A stretch of 64,000 nucleotides of DNA from an uncultured Clostridiaceae bacterium (GTDB lineage Bacteria > Bacillota > Clostridia > TANB77 > CAG-465). The notes under the pieces were generated by a model that had not been told where the DNA came from, did no database searches, and saw nothing but the letters and a program-made list of their open reading frames with translations. Location: positions 63 to 64,062 of the forward strand of contig CANCXL010000009.1 of NCBI GenBank assembly GCA_947381905.1, written 5' to 3'. This document shows positions 50,201-61,700 of the stretch, one piece after another. A program made the translations under genes and the position numbers. Numbering within the stretch: position 1 is the stretch's first letter; each line of letters starts with the position of its first letter.

Positions 50201-50248
50201 AATCTCCTCCTTAATATATTATTCATATTTAATGATATCACAATACAT

Positions 50249-50278
50249 AAAAAAAGTATAGCAAAGCTATACTTTTTT
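50249..50278 (-). terminator. Terminator after ileS
   Basis: AAAAAGTATAGC-AAA-GCTATACTTTTT. Confidence 0.75.
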
Positions 50279-50283
50279 ATTTT

Positions 50284-53200
50284 CTATTTTACAACTTCAA
50301 CATCTATATTAATGTGTTCTCCGTTTATATTCGTATCTGTGTAATCTTCTCTATTTTCATTATAATGAATTTCAAGAGTTAATGTATCTCTCATTATTTC
50401 ATCTTCATGTTTTTTAATTACATTTTCAATTACTTCGTTTCCAGATACATATAAGTTAATTCTATCTAATACTTCAAAGCCTTTGTCTTTTCTCATGTTT
50501 TGAACTTTAGATAATACCTCTCTTACATATCCTTCTTCTTTTAACTCTTCTGTAATATGTGTATCTAATACTACACCAATTTCTCCTTCACCAGCAAAAG
50601 CAAATCCTTCTTTACCATTCATAGTAATTAGTAGATTTTCTGAAGTTAAAGCGATTTCAGTATCATCAATCATAATTTGTTCAATCTTACCACTCTTAAC
50701 TTTATTTGCAAGATCCATTTGGTTACGTTTTGCAATTTCTTCTTTAATTCTTGGAATTAATTTTCCGTATTCTTTACCAAGTACAGGAAGATTTGGTTTA
50801 ATTTCAAAATTAACATATTCTCCCATCTCTGCACCAAGAACAACATTTTTAACATTTAATTCCTCTTTTACTATATTACCATAATACTCTGGTAATGTAT
50901 CTACAGAAATTAACATTTTAGATAATGGTTGTCTATTTTTAATATTTTCAGAATTTCTTGCACTTCTTCCAAGTTCAACTATTTTATATGCAAGATCCAT
51001 TTCTTTTTCAAGTTTTGAATCTATTTCATTCTCATTAACTTCTGGCCAATAACATAGATGAACACTTTCAGGTGCGTTTTTATCTAAACTACATACAAGA
51101 TTAGTATAAATTTCATCAGTAATAAATGGTACAAATGGAGCAGCTACTCTAATCATTGTAGTAAGTACTCTATATAAAGTTACATATGCACCTATTTTAT
51201 CATCTGTTAAATCTTGTGCCCAGAATCTTTCTCTATTTCTTCTTACATACCAATTTGAAAGTTCATCAGTAAACGCTTCAAGATCATATCCTGCACCAGT
51301 TATATCATAATGTTCTAATTTATCATCAACAGATTTTACTAATGTGTTTAATTTAGATATTATCCATTTATCCATTACATTTTCAGATTTAAAATCTTTA
51401 TACTCTAATGGATTAAATTTATCTATTTCTGCATATAGAACATAGAATGAATATACATTCCATAATGTTGCTAAAAATCCTCTTTGTGATTCTTGTACAT
51501 TTTCAATAGATAATCTTGAAGAAAGCCATGGAGCACTTCCAGTATAGAAATACCAACGAGTAGCATCTGCTCCAACTGTATCTAATAATACAAGTGGATC
51601 TACACCATTCTTTTTAGATTTAGACATTTTTTGTCCTTTTCCATCTAATACGTGTCCTAAAACAATACAGTTTTCAAAAGGAGTTTTATTAAATAAAGCT
51701 GTACCTAAAGCAGTAAGTGTATAGAACCATCCTCTTGTTTGATCTATTGCCTCAGATATAAATTGAGCTGGGAAATTATTATCAAACATTTCTTTATTTT
51801 CAAATGGGTAATGCCATTGTGCAAAAGGCATAGAACCAGAATCAAACCAACAATCTATAACTTCTCTTGCTCTAGTCATTTCTTTTCCACATTCTGAACA
51901 TTTTAAATGTACATTATCTATATATGGTTTATGTAATTCTATATCTTCTGGAACATTGATACCTTTTTCTTTAAGCTCTGCTATAGAACCAATACATTCT
52001 TGATGTCCGCATTCACAAGTCCATATTGGAAGTGGAGTGCCCCAATATCTGTCTCTTGAAATCCCCCAATCTATAACATTTTCAAGGAAATTTCCAAATC
52101 TACCTTTTTTTATTGTTTCTGGATACCAGTTTACTTTATCATTGTTAGCAACAAGCTCATTTCTTAATGAACTCATACCTACAAACCAGCTCTCCTTTGG
52201 ATAATATAATAATGGAGTATCACATCTCCAGCAATGTGGATATGAGTGTAAATGTTTTTCTTTATGGAATAATTTTCCTTCATTTTTTAACCATTCACAG
52301 ATATCTTCGTTACAATCTCTAACAAATCTACCTTTCCAAGGTTCTACTTCATCAACAAATTTACCATTTTTATCTACTAAGTTTACAAATGCAATTCCAT
52401 TTTGTTTAGATACTAAACTATCATCTTCACCATATGCAGGTGCAATATGAACAATTCCTGTACCATCTGTAAGTGTTACATAATCTCCATGTATTACTTC
52501 AAAAGCTTTTCCATCAACTTTTGCAAAAGGCATTAATGGTTCATATTTTATTCCTAAAAGTTCTGCTCCTTTATATTCTTTTAGCACTTCATAGCTCATA
52601 TCTTTTAACACAGTGTCAACAAGTTCTCTTGCAAGTACATATACCTCGTATTTTGGTTCTTCTTCAGTACCAACATTTACTTTTACATCACAATAATCAT
52701 ATGCTTTATTTACGCATAAAGCTAAATTTGATGGTAAAGTCCATGGAGTTGTTGTCCATGCAAGTATATACTTATCTTCTCCTAATACTTTAAACTTAGC
52801 AACGCAAGTTAAGTCTTTAACATCTTTATATCCTTGTGCAACTTCATGTGAAGATAAAGCTGTCCCACATCTTGGACAATAAGGCATTACTTTATGACCT
52901 TCAAATAGTAACTTTTTATTCCAAAGTTCTTTTAGAGCCCACCATACTGACTCAATATATTTGTTATCATAAGTAATGTATGGATCATCCATATCTACCC
53001 AATAGCCAACTTTATTAGTCATTTCTTCCCAGATATGAACATATTTAAATACACTTTCTTTACATTCTTTAACAAATTTTTCTACACCATATTCTTCAAT
53101 TTGTTCTTTACCAGAAATACCAAGTTTCTTCTCTATCTCAAGTTCTACTGGTAATCCATGTGTATCCCAACCTGCTTTTCTTATTACTTGATATCCTTTC

Positions 53201-53424
53201 ATTACTTTATACCTAGGAATTATATCTTTCATAACCCTTGTTATAATATGACCTGCATGAGGCATACCATTTGCTGTTGGAGGTCCATCATAAAAAGTAA
53301 AATATCTTTTTCCTTTATTCATATCAAAATTTTTCTTAATAACATCATTTTGTTGCCAATTATTAAAAACTTCATGTTCCATTCCAACAAATCCATCTTG
53401 CTTTAACTCAACTTTTTTGTACAT
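50284..53424 (-). CDS. ileS: Isoleucine-tRNA ligase, type 2 (start at ATG 53424)
   Basis: [39 protein letters not shown]; long C-terminus without the type-1 zinc finger. Confidence 0.95.
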   Translation of the reverse strand: MYKKVELKQDGFVGMEHEVFNNWQQNDVIKKNFDMNKGKRYFTFYDGPPTANGMPHAGHIITRVMKDIIPRYKVMKGYQVIRKAGWDTHGLPVELEIEKKLGISGKEQIEEYGVEKFVKECKESVFKYVHIWEEMTNKVGYWVDMDDPYITYDNKYIESVWWALKELWNKKLLFEGHKVMPYCPRCGTALSSHEVAQGYKDVKDLTCVAKFKVLGEDKYILAWTTTPWTLPSNLALCVNKAYDYCDVKVNVGTEEEPKYEVYVLARELVDTVLKDMSYEVLKEYKGAELLGIKYEPLMPFAKVDGKAFEVIHGDYVTLTDGTGIVHIAPAYGEDDSLVSKQNGIAFVNLVDKNGKFVDEVEPWKGRFVRDCNEDICEWLKNEGKLFHKEKHLHSYPHCWRCDTPLLYYPKESWFVGMSSLRNELVANNDKVNWYPETIKKGRFGNFLENVIDWGISRDRYWGTPLPIWTCECGHQECIGSIAELKEKGINVPEDIELHKPYIDNVHLKCSECGKEMTRAREVIDCWFDSGSMPFAQWHYPFENKEMFDNNFPAQFISEAIDQTRGWFYTLTALGTALFNKTPFENCIVLGHVLDGKGQKMSKSKKNGVDPLVLLDTVGADATRWYFYTGSAPWLSSRLSIENVQESQRGFLATLWNVYSFYVLYAEIDKFNPLEYKDFKSENVMDKWIISKLNTLVKSVDDKLEHYDITGAGYDLEAFTDELSNWYVRRNRERFWAQDLTDDKIGAYVTLYRVLTTMIRVAAPFVPFITDEIYTNLVCSLDKNAPESVHLCYWPEVNENEIDSKLEKEMDLAYKIVELGRSARNSENIKNRQPLSKMLISVDTLPEYYGNIVKEELNVKNVVLGAEMGEYVNFEIKPNLPVLGKEYGKLIPRIKEEIAKRNQMDLANKVKSGKIEQIMIDDTEIALTSENLLITMNGKEGFAFAGEGEIGVVLDTHITEELKEEGYVREVLSKVQNMRKDKGFEVLDRINLYVSGNEVIENVIKKHEDEIMRDTLTLEIHYNENREDYTDTNINGEHINIDVEVVK

Positions 53425-53472
53425 AATTATTTCTCCTTTCCCCCAAAAAAGATTATTAATAATCATATAATA

Positions 53473-53735
53473 AAAAAATCGCACATACCTGTATATAAGG
53501 AATGTACGATTATATTAACACACAATAATATAATATATACAAAATAATAACCACCTTAATATACAACATACCAACATATGTGCCCTTTATTACGTAAGGA
53601 ATACGGCAAGTCTTACTATTAGTTCAGACCGCAACTCAGAGGTGATTTTCATAATGCATTACTTTAGAAGGGCTCACACTATCCCCAACTCGCTTGGTAT
53701 TTTGTACACTATTACTCTTCCTCGTCATAGTCTTT
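53473..53735 (-). promoter_or_regulatory. T-box riboswitch (Ile) with atypical antiterminator
   Basis: Specifier GAAAATCAC (ATC at 53644-53646), AAGGTGGT at 53550-53557, terminator 53473-53511. Confidence 0.8.
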
Positions 53736-53863
53736 GTTAATTATTATTTAATCTTTTTTATTTTTTAGTAATTTTCATTACGATATTTATTATAGCACAA
53801 TAATAAATCGTTGTAAATACCTGTATTAAAAATGAAGGCATCAAATGATACCTTCATTAATTA

Positions 53864-56800
53864 TTATTGTTCGTTGTATTTTTTTCTTAAAGTATAAACT
53901 ATGCCTACTATAGAAATAAGTAATATACTTGAAATAGCTATTACTGCTATGTCACCTGTGTTTGTTACAATAAAGTCTATTCTATCTGGCGAATTTTCAT
54001 CTATTGTAAATACATATCCTTCCATTGATTCTTCATTCATCTCATACCCTTCTGGTGCCTCAATTTCAGTGAATTTATATGTTCCATAATATGCTTTTTC
54101 TATTAGATATTCACCATTTTCATCTGTTACTCCATTTTCTACTAGATATACTACTGATCCATCTTCTCTTGTCTTTGGTTCTCCATTTTCATCTAGTAAT
54201 ACAATTGAGAATACACAGCCTTTAAGTGGTTCTCCTGTTTCATCGTCTACTTTTAGTACTCTTAACTCTTTAGACTTTCTTATGTTGTCTACTACGATTT
54301 TTTCTCCAAGCCATTCATAATTTTCTCCAATTTCTGCTACAAATGGATGTGGCTCTTTATTTAAATCATATTTTTCTGGCGCTTCTACTTCTGTATAAGT
54401 ATATGTTTTTCCATTTTCAAATAAAACTGTTGGTATATATCCTTCACCTTTTTCATTTGTAATAGATTTTAGTATTAGTTCACCATTTTCATCTCTTATT
54501 TCAAATACACAGTTTGGTACAAGTTCCCCTGTAAATATATCTTTTTTAGTAATTACAGCTTCAACAATTTCTTCTTCAATCATTGCATTATATACCATTC
54601 CATCATTATTTATATTATCTAGTTCAACTTTAATTATTTCTTTTGAAATCTCATATCCTGCTGGTGCTTTTAATTCTTTTAAATAATATGTTCTAACAGG
54701 TATATCTTCTAATTCAATTAATCCAAGCTCATCACTTGTAAGGATTACCTCTTCATATTTTCCTGTTTCGCTATTTTTTACTTTTAATGTTTTTGTACAA
54801 GCTTCATCTACATAAATTCCATACTCTGCACCTGGCACTGATCTTACATTATTTTCTTTGAAATATTCTTTTATCTCTTCTCTAGTCTTTCCATTCATTT
54901 CATTTAATACTTCTTGAAGTTTTTGATCTAGATTTGTTTTATCTATTACATTTCCTGCAACTACTACTTCATCTGATGATGTTGATCCTACCTTTACTAG
55001 TGTTAATGTAGTTGTAGTTGGTGTATTTATTATATTTTTACCTCTAACAATTACTACTTTTTCAGTTGCATTATTTGAATATGCTAAATTATAATCATAA
55101 GTATTAGTATCTATGTTATATGGATATGTAACATATAATTCTTTTACATAGTATGTTCCTTCCGGTAAATCTGCCTTACTTGTTACATTATTTTCACTGT
55201 CTGCCCATATTAAATCTACTAATGAATTTCTAGATATTGTTGCTGTTCCTTGATAATTATTTAGAGTTTCTTTTGTATATACCCCAAATAATGATTTTTG
55301 AACTAGCTCTTCTTCATCTGAATATTTTACTTCTTCATATTCTTTTTTAAATGTAAGTCCTAGTTTTTGTCTCTCATCTGTTAGTTCTTTTTTTACAGTT
55401 GCTGTTTCTAAATATTGATCTTTATTTTCTAAAACTACATTTGGTATATTTTCATCTTTTAAATATCCCTTTGGTGTTTTGTATTCTTCTATTCTATACT
55501 CTCCTGGGAATAATTTTTCAGCTACTGCATATCCATTTTCATCTGTAGTTATATCTGCTACCATTTGATCTTTTGAGTATCTTTTTATTCCATCTGGTGT
55601 ATATGTATCTGCTACTGCATATATTCTATATCCTACACCTTGTAATGGTAATTCTTTATATATTGGTGTATATAAATCTTCATCTCTATTTTCTGTTTCA
55701 CTTACTGGATAAGTTACTTTCTCTGTTTTTGCTCCAGTAAATTTTTCACCAGTTTTGTATAGTTCTAAGTTTACTGTAAGAGGCTTATCATCAATTGTTG
55801 TATCAAGAACAATCTCTCCTGTTACAACTCCACCTTCTGGATATGTTGTGTCTTCTGCAAGACCAGTTGTTATTTTATCTACTTTTATTTTCTTTCCACC
55901 AACTTTTCCATATTCTGATGGATTATCTGGTAATCTCCATTCTTCTTGTAAGAAATATCCTTCTGGTGCATTTGTTTCATATATTACGTACTCACCAGGT
56001 TGTACTTTTTCTGGTGTTACTAAATATCCATCTGAATTTGTTTTGTATCTAGATATTACTCCACCATCTTCATAACTCATTTGTTCTACAAATTTATTTT
56101 CTTGTAAATCCCAGATCGCATATTCTGCACCTTCAAGTTTTACTGTTAAATTTGTTAATCTATCTTTTTTTATTATCTTAAGCCAAGCAGGTACTGGATT
56201 ATCTGCTACTATTCTTTTTTCATCTTGTTCATTATTTACTATGTCTATATTTTCTGGTTGAATGAAATAATATTTGTGTAAATCTCCACCTTCATCAAGC
56301 TCTGTTAGTTCATATTTTCCATATGGTATTGTATATGTAGGAGATATATACTGTACATCTTCTTTAATGAACTCACAATATCCTGTTTCATCTACTGTAC
56401 CATCATAATATACACTTCCATTAGAAGATACAAGTGTAAGTCTTAATTTTGCTCCAGCTGCTGGAATTTCTTCTGACTTATCATTTACATCTTTATATTT
56501 TATTACTCTTACTCTTCCAAAATTTGGAATATTTACAAGTTTTTCAAAGTTTATTATTACAACATCTGTTCCTTGTTTTCTGTTATCATATGAAGCTTCA
56601 TATATTTTGTCTTCATATGTTACATCCTCTCCAGGTACTAATGCTTTTGGATTTATTCCTTCTGGGAATGTTGTTTCTTTTAGATAATATGTTCCAGTTC
56701 TCATTGTTCCAGAAATTGCATATCCATCTTTATTTGTTGGTCCAACTCTTACAACTCTACCATTTTTATCTATAAAAGGCTTAGTTGCTGCTGCATCAGT

Positions 56801-58486
56801 ATATACTGTAAAATATGCACCAGATACTTCTGCATCTGTTTTTCCAACAGTTTCATCTAGAAGTTTTTTGTTTACTGCAATTTTCATCATTTTTGAGTTG
56901 TCAACTTTTGTTTCATCATATGTTTTTTCAGCCTCAATATTTACCTCAAAATCTGAAATTATATATGCCTCATCTGGTACTACTACCTCTTTAACAACAT
57001 ATTCTCCATAAGGTAACCCTTCTATTTTGCATATGCCATCTGTCCCAGATGTATTTGTTTCATATGTTTTACTTGCTTCCTCTTCTGTTCCAATAGCTGA
57101 TTTTAATACTACTTTAAATTTAGCTCCAGCAAGAGGTATTTCTGGATCATAATCTGTTTCACCTAGTCTCTTATATATTCTAATATCTCCTTTTGTTACA
57201 TTATCATAAACTGTAAGTGTAGGTTCTAGACTACTTGATTTTATTTCTATTGTATATACTTCATCAGATAAACCATATCCTCTTGGAGGAACTAGTTCTT
57301 TTACAGTATATACTCCAAGTGGTAAGTATTTTGTTGAAGCAGTTCTGTCTTCTCCAATTGTTAATCTGTCTACTTCTTTACCTGTTGAATCATATACTCC
57401 ATATATAGCTCCAACAAGTGTAGCATCTCCTTGTGCTTTTATACCTGATTCTTTATCTTGTTTTTCTAAATGTATTTTTCCTGGAAGTATTTCTAGGCTA
57501 AATGCTGTTTGATCTTCAACACTTTGTGGTCTCGGACTTCCCGGGTGTATTAGTTGTTGTAAAGGATATCCTTTATGCTCTTCTGATGTAAAAAATACAA
57601 TTTCTTCTCTTCCAGAACTCGAAGCTGGTGCATTATATTTTACTTTTATATCACCATTCCATACTCCTTGAGAATAATTACTATCTATAGAAATATTAAT
57701 GGTATTTCCATTTTTATCTACATTAACACCAACAGGTAAATTAGATTTATCTATAGTCCATCCGTCATTGGCAAATGAACCAGTAGTATCATATATACTA
57801 GCTGATTGACCTGGACTTAGTGTTAATGAAGTATTATTAAAAACTGGTGTTTCTATACTTCCAACTTGATGATCTGCTACATATTGTACTAAAGTATCAT
57901 ATAAAGGCTTTACTGTATTATATTGTCTTTGTAGCCAATTTCCTTCACTAGGTGTATTGTATTGTCTATTTATTAAATCTTGAGCGATATCCCATCTAAC
58001 TTGACCTTTTTCACCACCGTTTTTCCAGTCATTTAATGTCATTTCCCAAACATATGCTTGCATTGCAGCTTGATATGCATTATACTGGCTTCCATTATTT
58101 ATTGCCCATTCTTCAGCATTCATATACCAATCCATTGCAATTCTTATATTATTTTTAGATTCTTCTGAAATCACATTATCCCAATAATCTGATCCTTTAA
58201 GATTTTGGTACATTTTTTGTTTATCTGTATAAACTCTATGTTGAATACAGAATGCTGTTTTACGTTGTCCATCAATATTAAAATGATATATAGCAATACC
58301 TGTATTATATTCTGAAGATTTATCCTCATCTGACATTTTTATTCCATCTTTTCCATACCATACAAATGGAACAAAAATTTTTTGATCTATTGAAAGAGGA
58401 TACTCTTTCGCTTCTACATGAACATTATTACACATAATTAAACATGTAAAAAGTATAAACATTAAGAATATTTTTAATTTTTTCAT
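53864..58486 (-). CDS. Cell-wall-anchored adhesin: N-terminal thioester domain plus SpaA/Cna-B repeats
   Basis: Signal peptide; AFCIQ, MQAYVW, LQQLI; repeated K.D...L.GA.F / Y.L.E..AP.GY; C-terminal TNTGD + TM + basic tail. Confidence 0.85.
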   Translation of the reverse strand: MKKLKIFLMFILFTCLIMCNNVHVEAKEYPLSIDQKIFVPFVWYGKDGIKMSDEDKSSEYNTGIAIYHFNIDGQRKTAFCIQHRVYTDKQKMYQNLKGSDYWDNVISEESKNNIRIAMDWYMNAEEWAINNGSQYNAYQAAMQAYVWEMTLNDWKNGGEKGQVRWDIAQDLINRQYNTPSEGNWLQRQYNTVKPLYDTLVQYVADHQVGSIETPVFNNTSLTLSPGQSASIYDTTGSFANDGWTIDKSNLPVGVNVDKNGNTINISIDSNYSQGVWNGDIKVKYNAPASSSGREEIVFFTSEEHKGYPLQQLIHPGSPRPQSVEDQTAFSLEILPGKIHLEKQDKESGIKAQGDATLVGAIYGVYDSTGKEVDRLTIGEDRTASTKYLPLGVYTVKELVPPRGYGLSDEVYTIEIKSSSLEPTLTVYDNVTKGDIRIYKRLGETDYDPEIPLAGAKFKVVLKSAIGTEEEASKTYETNTSGTDGICKIEGLPYGEYVVKEVVVPDEAYIISDFEVNIEAEKTYDETKVDNSKMMKIAVNKKLLDETVGKTDAEVSGAYFTVYTDAAATKPFIDKNGRVVRVGPTNKDGYAISGTMRTGTYYLKETTFPEGINPKALVPGEDVTYEDKIYEASYDNRKQGTDVVIINFEKLVNIPNFGRVRVIKYKDVNDKSEEIPAAGAKLRLTLVSSNGSVYYDGTVDETGYCEFIKEDVQYISPTYTIPYGKYELTELDEGGDLHKYYFIQPENIDIVNNEQDEKRIVADNPVPAWLKIIKKDRLTNLTVKLEGAEYAIWDLQENKFVEQMSYEDGGVISRYKTNSDGYLVTPEKVQPGEYVIYETNAPEGYFLQEEWRLPDNPSEYGKVGGKKIKVDKITTGLAEDTTYPEGGVVTGEIVLDTTIDDKPLTVNLELYKTGEKFTGAKTEKVTYPVSETENRDEDLYTPIYKELPLQGVGYRIYAVADTYTPDGIKRYSKDQMVADITTDENGYAVAEKLFPGEYRIEEYKTPKGYLKDENIPNVVLENKDQYLETATVKKELTDERQKLGLTFKKEYEEVKYSDEEELVQKSLFGVYTKETLNNYQGTATISRNSLVDLIWADSENNVTSKADLPEGTYYVKELYVTYPYNIDTNTYDYNLAYSNNATEKVVIVRGKNIINTPTTTTLTLVKVGSTSSDEVVVAGNVIDKTNLDQKLQEVLNEMNGKTREEIKEYFKENNVRSVPGAEYGIYVDEACTKTLKVKNSETGKYEEVILTSDELGLIELEDIPVRTYYLKELKAPAGYEISKEIIKVELDNINNDGMVYNAMIEEEIVEAVITKKDIFTGELVPNCVFEIRDENGELILKSITNEKGEGYIPTVLFENGKTYTYTEVEAPEKYDLNKEPHPFVAEIGENYEWLGEKIVVDNIRKSKELRVLKVDDETGEPLKGCVFSIVLLDENGEPKTREDGSVVYLVENGVTDENGEYLIEKAYYGTYKFTEIEAPEGYEMNEESMEGYVFTIDENSPDRIDFIVTNTGDIAVIAISSILLISIVGIVYTLRKKYNEQ

Positions 58487-58711
58487 ATATTTCCCCCCTA
58501 TATTAAATCATTTCTTAACACTTTATATTATATAGCAAAAATAAATAATTTTTAATATTTTAAAATTTATACATAATTTTTCTTTCCTTGAGTTACAAAA
58601 ATATTACATTTTTTTCTTTTTGCTGGTTTATTCGATTTTATTCTTGTACAATACTAAAAAAATAAAGGCATGATGCTTTTATATCACGCCTTTATATAGT
58701 ATTTTTAACTA

Positions 58712-61700
58712 TTATTTTTTCTTTTTATTTCTTACAATAACAAATGCTATTCCAAGAACACACACTACTGCAATTACTGCTATAGCAATTACTGCAATGT
58801 CTCCTGTTTCTGGAGCCCTATCATCCTTTACAACAATTTTTACATCTTCTGCATCTATTGTTATTTCATGTGGTTCTGTGTCAATTAAATACTCTTCTGG
58901 AGCTTCTAACTCTGTATATGTATATTTACCATATGGTACATTTTCAAATACATATACTCCGTTTTCATCTGTTACTCCTTCTTCTTTCCAATCAGGATTA
59001 TCTAGACTTTGTAATACAAATTTACAATTTGGTATTACTTTTGAATCTACCATGTCTAATTTTGTTAGAGTTACTGTAGATGTCTTTCTTATATTTTCTA
59101 CTTTTATTGTATCTGCTACCCAATTTCCTTCTTCATCGATTTCTGCTACAAATTCATGTGGCTCTTTATTTAGTTCATATATTTTTGGTGCTTCTACTTC
59201 TGTATAAGTATATGTTTTTCCATTTTCAAATAAAACTACTGGTATATATGCTTTACCTTCTTCATTTGTAATAGATTTTAAAAGTAGATTTCCTTCACTA
59301 TCTCTAATTTCAAATGTACATTTAGGTACTAATTCTCCTGTAAATATATCTGTTTTTGTAATTACTGCTTGTACTACTTCTTTTTCAATCATTGCATCAT
59401 ATACCATTGCATCTTTATTTACATTATCTAATTCTACTTTTACTATATCTTTTGAAATCTCATATCCTTTTGGTGCTTTTATCTCTTTTAGATAATATGT
59501 TCTAATTGGTATATCATTTAATGTTATTAGTCCTAATTCATCACTTGTAAGTGTTACATCCTCATATTTTCCTGTTTCATTGTTTTTTACTTTTAATGAT
59601 TTTGTACATGCTTCATCTGTATAGATTCCATATTCTGCACCTGATACTGATTTTACATTGTTTTCTTTAAAATACTCTCTTATCTCATCTTTAGTTTTTC
59701 CATTTATTTTTTCTATAATATCGCTTACCTCTTTATCTAAGTTTGAAGTATCAATTATATTTCCATTTAAAATAAGATCACTTACTGTTGTTGTTCCTAT
59801 TTTTACTAAAGTTATTGATGTTGAGTTTGTTGTATTTACTAAGTTCTTTCCTCTAATAATTACTTCTTTTTGTGTAGCATCATTTGAATATGCTAAATTA
59901 TAATCATATGTATTAGTATCTATGTTATATGGATATGTAACATATAATTCTTTTACATAGTATGTTCCTTCCGGTAAATCTGCCTTACTTGTTACATTAT
60001 TTTCACTGTCTGCCCATATTAAATCTACTAATGAATTTCTAGATATTGTTGCTGTTCCTTGATAATTATTTAGAGTTTCTTTTGTATATACCCCAAATAA
60101 TGATTTTTGAACTAGCTCTTCTTCATCTGAATATTTTACTTCTTCATATTTTTTCTTAAATGTAAGTCCTAGTTTTTGTCTTACATCTGTTAGTTCTTTT
60201 TTTACAGTTGCTGTTTCTAAATATTCATCTTCATTTTCTAAAACTACATTTGGTATATTTTCGTCTTTTAAATATCCCTTTGGTGTTTTATACTCTTCTA
60301 TTCTATACTCACCTGGGAATAATTTTTTGGCTACTGCATATCCATTTTCATCTGTTGTTATATCTGCTACCATTTGATCTTTTGAATATCTTTTTATTCC
60401 ATCTGGTGTATATGTATCTGCTACTGCATATATTCTATATCCTACACCTTGTAATGGTAATTCTTTATACATTGGTGTATATAAATCTTCTGTTTTTTCT
60501 TCTGATTCACTTACTGGGTATGTTACTTTTTCAGTTTTTGCTCCAGTAAATTTTTCTGCTGTTTTATATAATTCTAGATTTACTGTAAGTGGTGTGTTAT
60601 GTATTGTGGTCTCAAGAACAATCTGTCCTGTTACAACTCCGCCTTCTGGATATGTTGTATCTTCTGCAAGACCAGTTGTTATTTTATCTACTTTTATCTT
60701 CTTTCCACCAACTTTTCCATAATCTGATGAATTTTGTGGTAATCTCCATTCATCATCTAAATAATATCCTGCTGGTGCCTTTGTTTCATATATTACATAT
60801 TCACCTGGCTCAACTTTTTCTGGTGTTACTAAATAGCCTTCTTCATTTGTTTCAAATTCAGATATTTTTCCACCATCATTATAACTCATTTGCTCTACAA
60901 ATTTATTTTCTTGTAAATCCCATATTTTATATTTTGCTCCTTCTAGTCTTACAACTTGTCCAGAAACATTATCTTTTTTTACTATTTTAAGCCAAGCAGG
61001 TACCGGATTATCTGCAAGTATTCTTCTTTCTTCTTGATCATCATTTACTATATCTATTCTTTCTGCTTGTACAAAGAAATACTTATGTCCGTCTCCACCT
61101 TCGTCTAATTCTGTTATCTCGTATTTTCCATATGGTATTGTATATGGATAATATGGGTCTCTTAATTCTTCATTTACAAATTCTGCGTATCCATTATCAT
61201 TTATTACAGCATCATAATATACACTTCCATTAGATGAGATTAAAGTAAGTCTTAATTTTGCACCTTTTGCTGGTGACTCATCTGATGCATCTGTACTATC
61301 TTTATATTTTAGTATTTCAACTTTACCAAAGTTTGGAATGTTTACAAGATTTTCTAAATTTACTGTAACAATATCTTCACCTTGATTTACATTATTATAT
61401 GATGCTTCATATACCTTCTCTTTATATGTAATAGTGTCTCCTGGAACTATTGCATCTGGATTTATTCCTTCTGGGAATGTTGTTTCTTTTAAATAATATG
61501 TTCCTGTTCTCATTGTTCCAGATATTGCATATCCTTCAGCATTTGTTGGTCCTATAACAACAGTTCTTCCATTTTTATCTATATATGGCTCTGTTGCATC
61601 AGCATTAGTATACACTGTAAAATATGCACCTGATACTTTTGCATCTGTTTTTCCAACAGTTTTATCTAATAATACTTTATTTATACTAATTCTCATCTCT

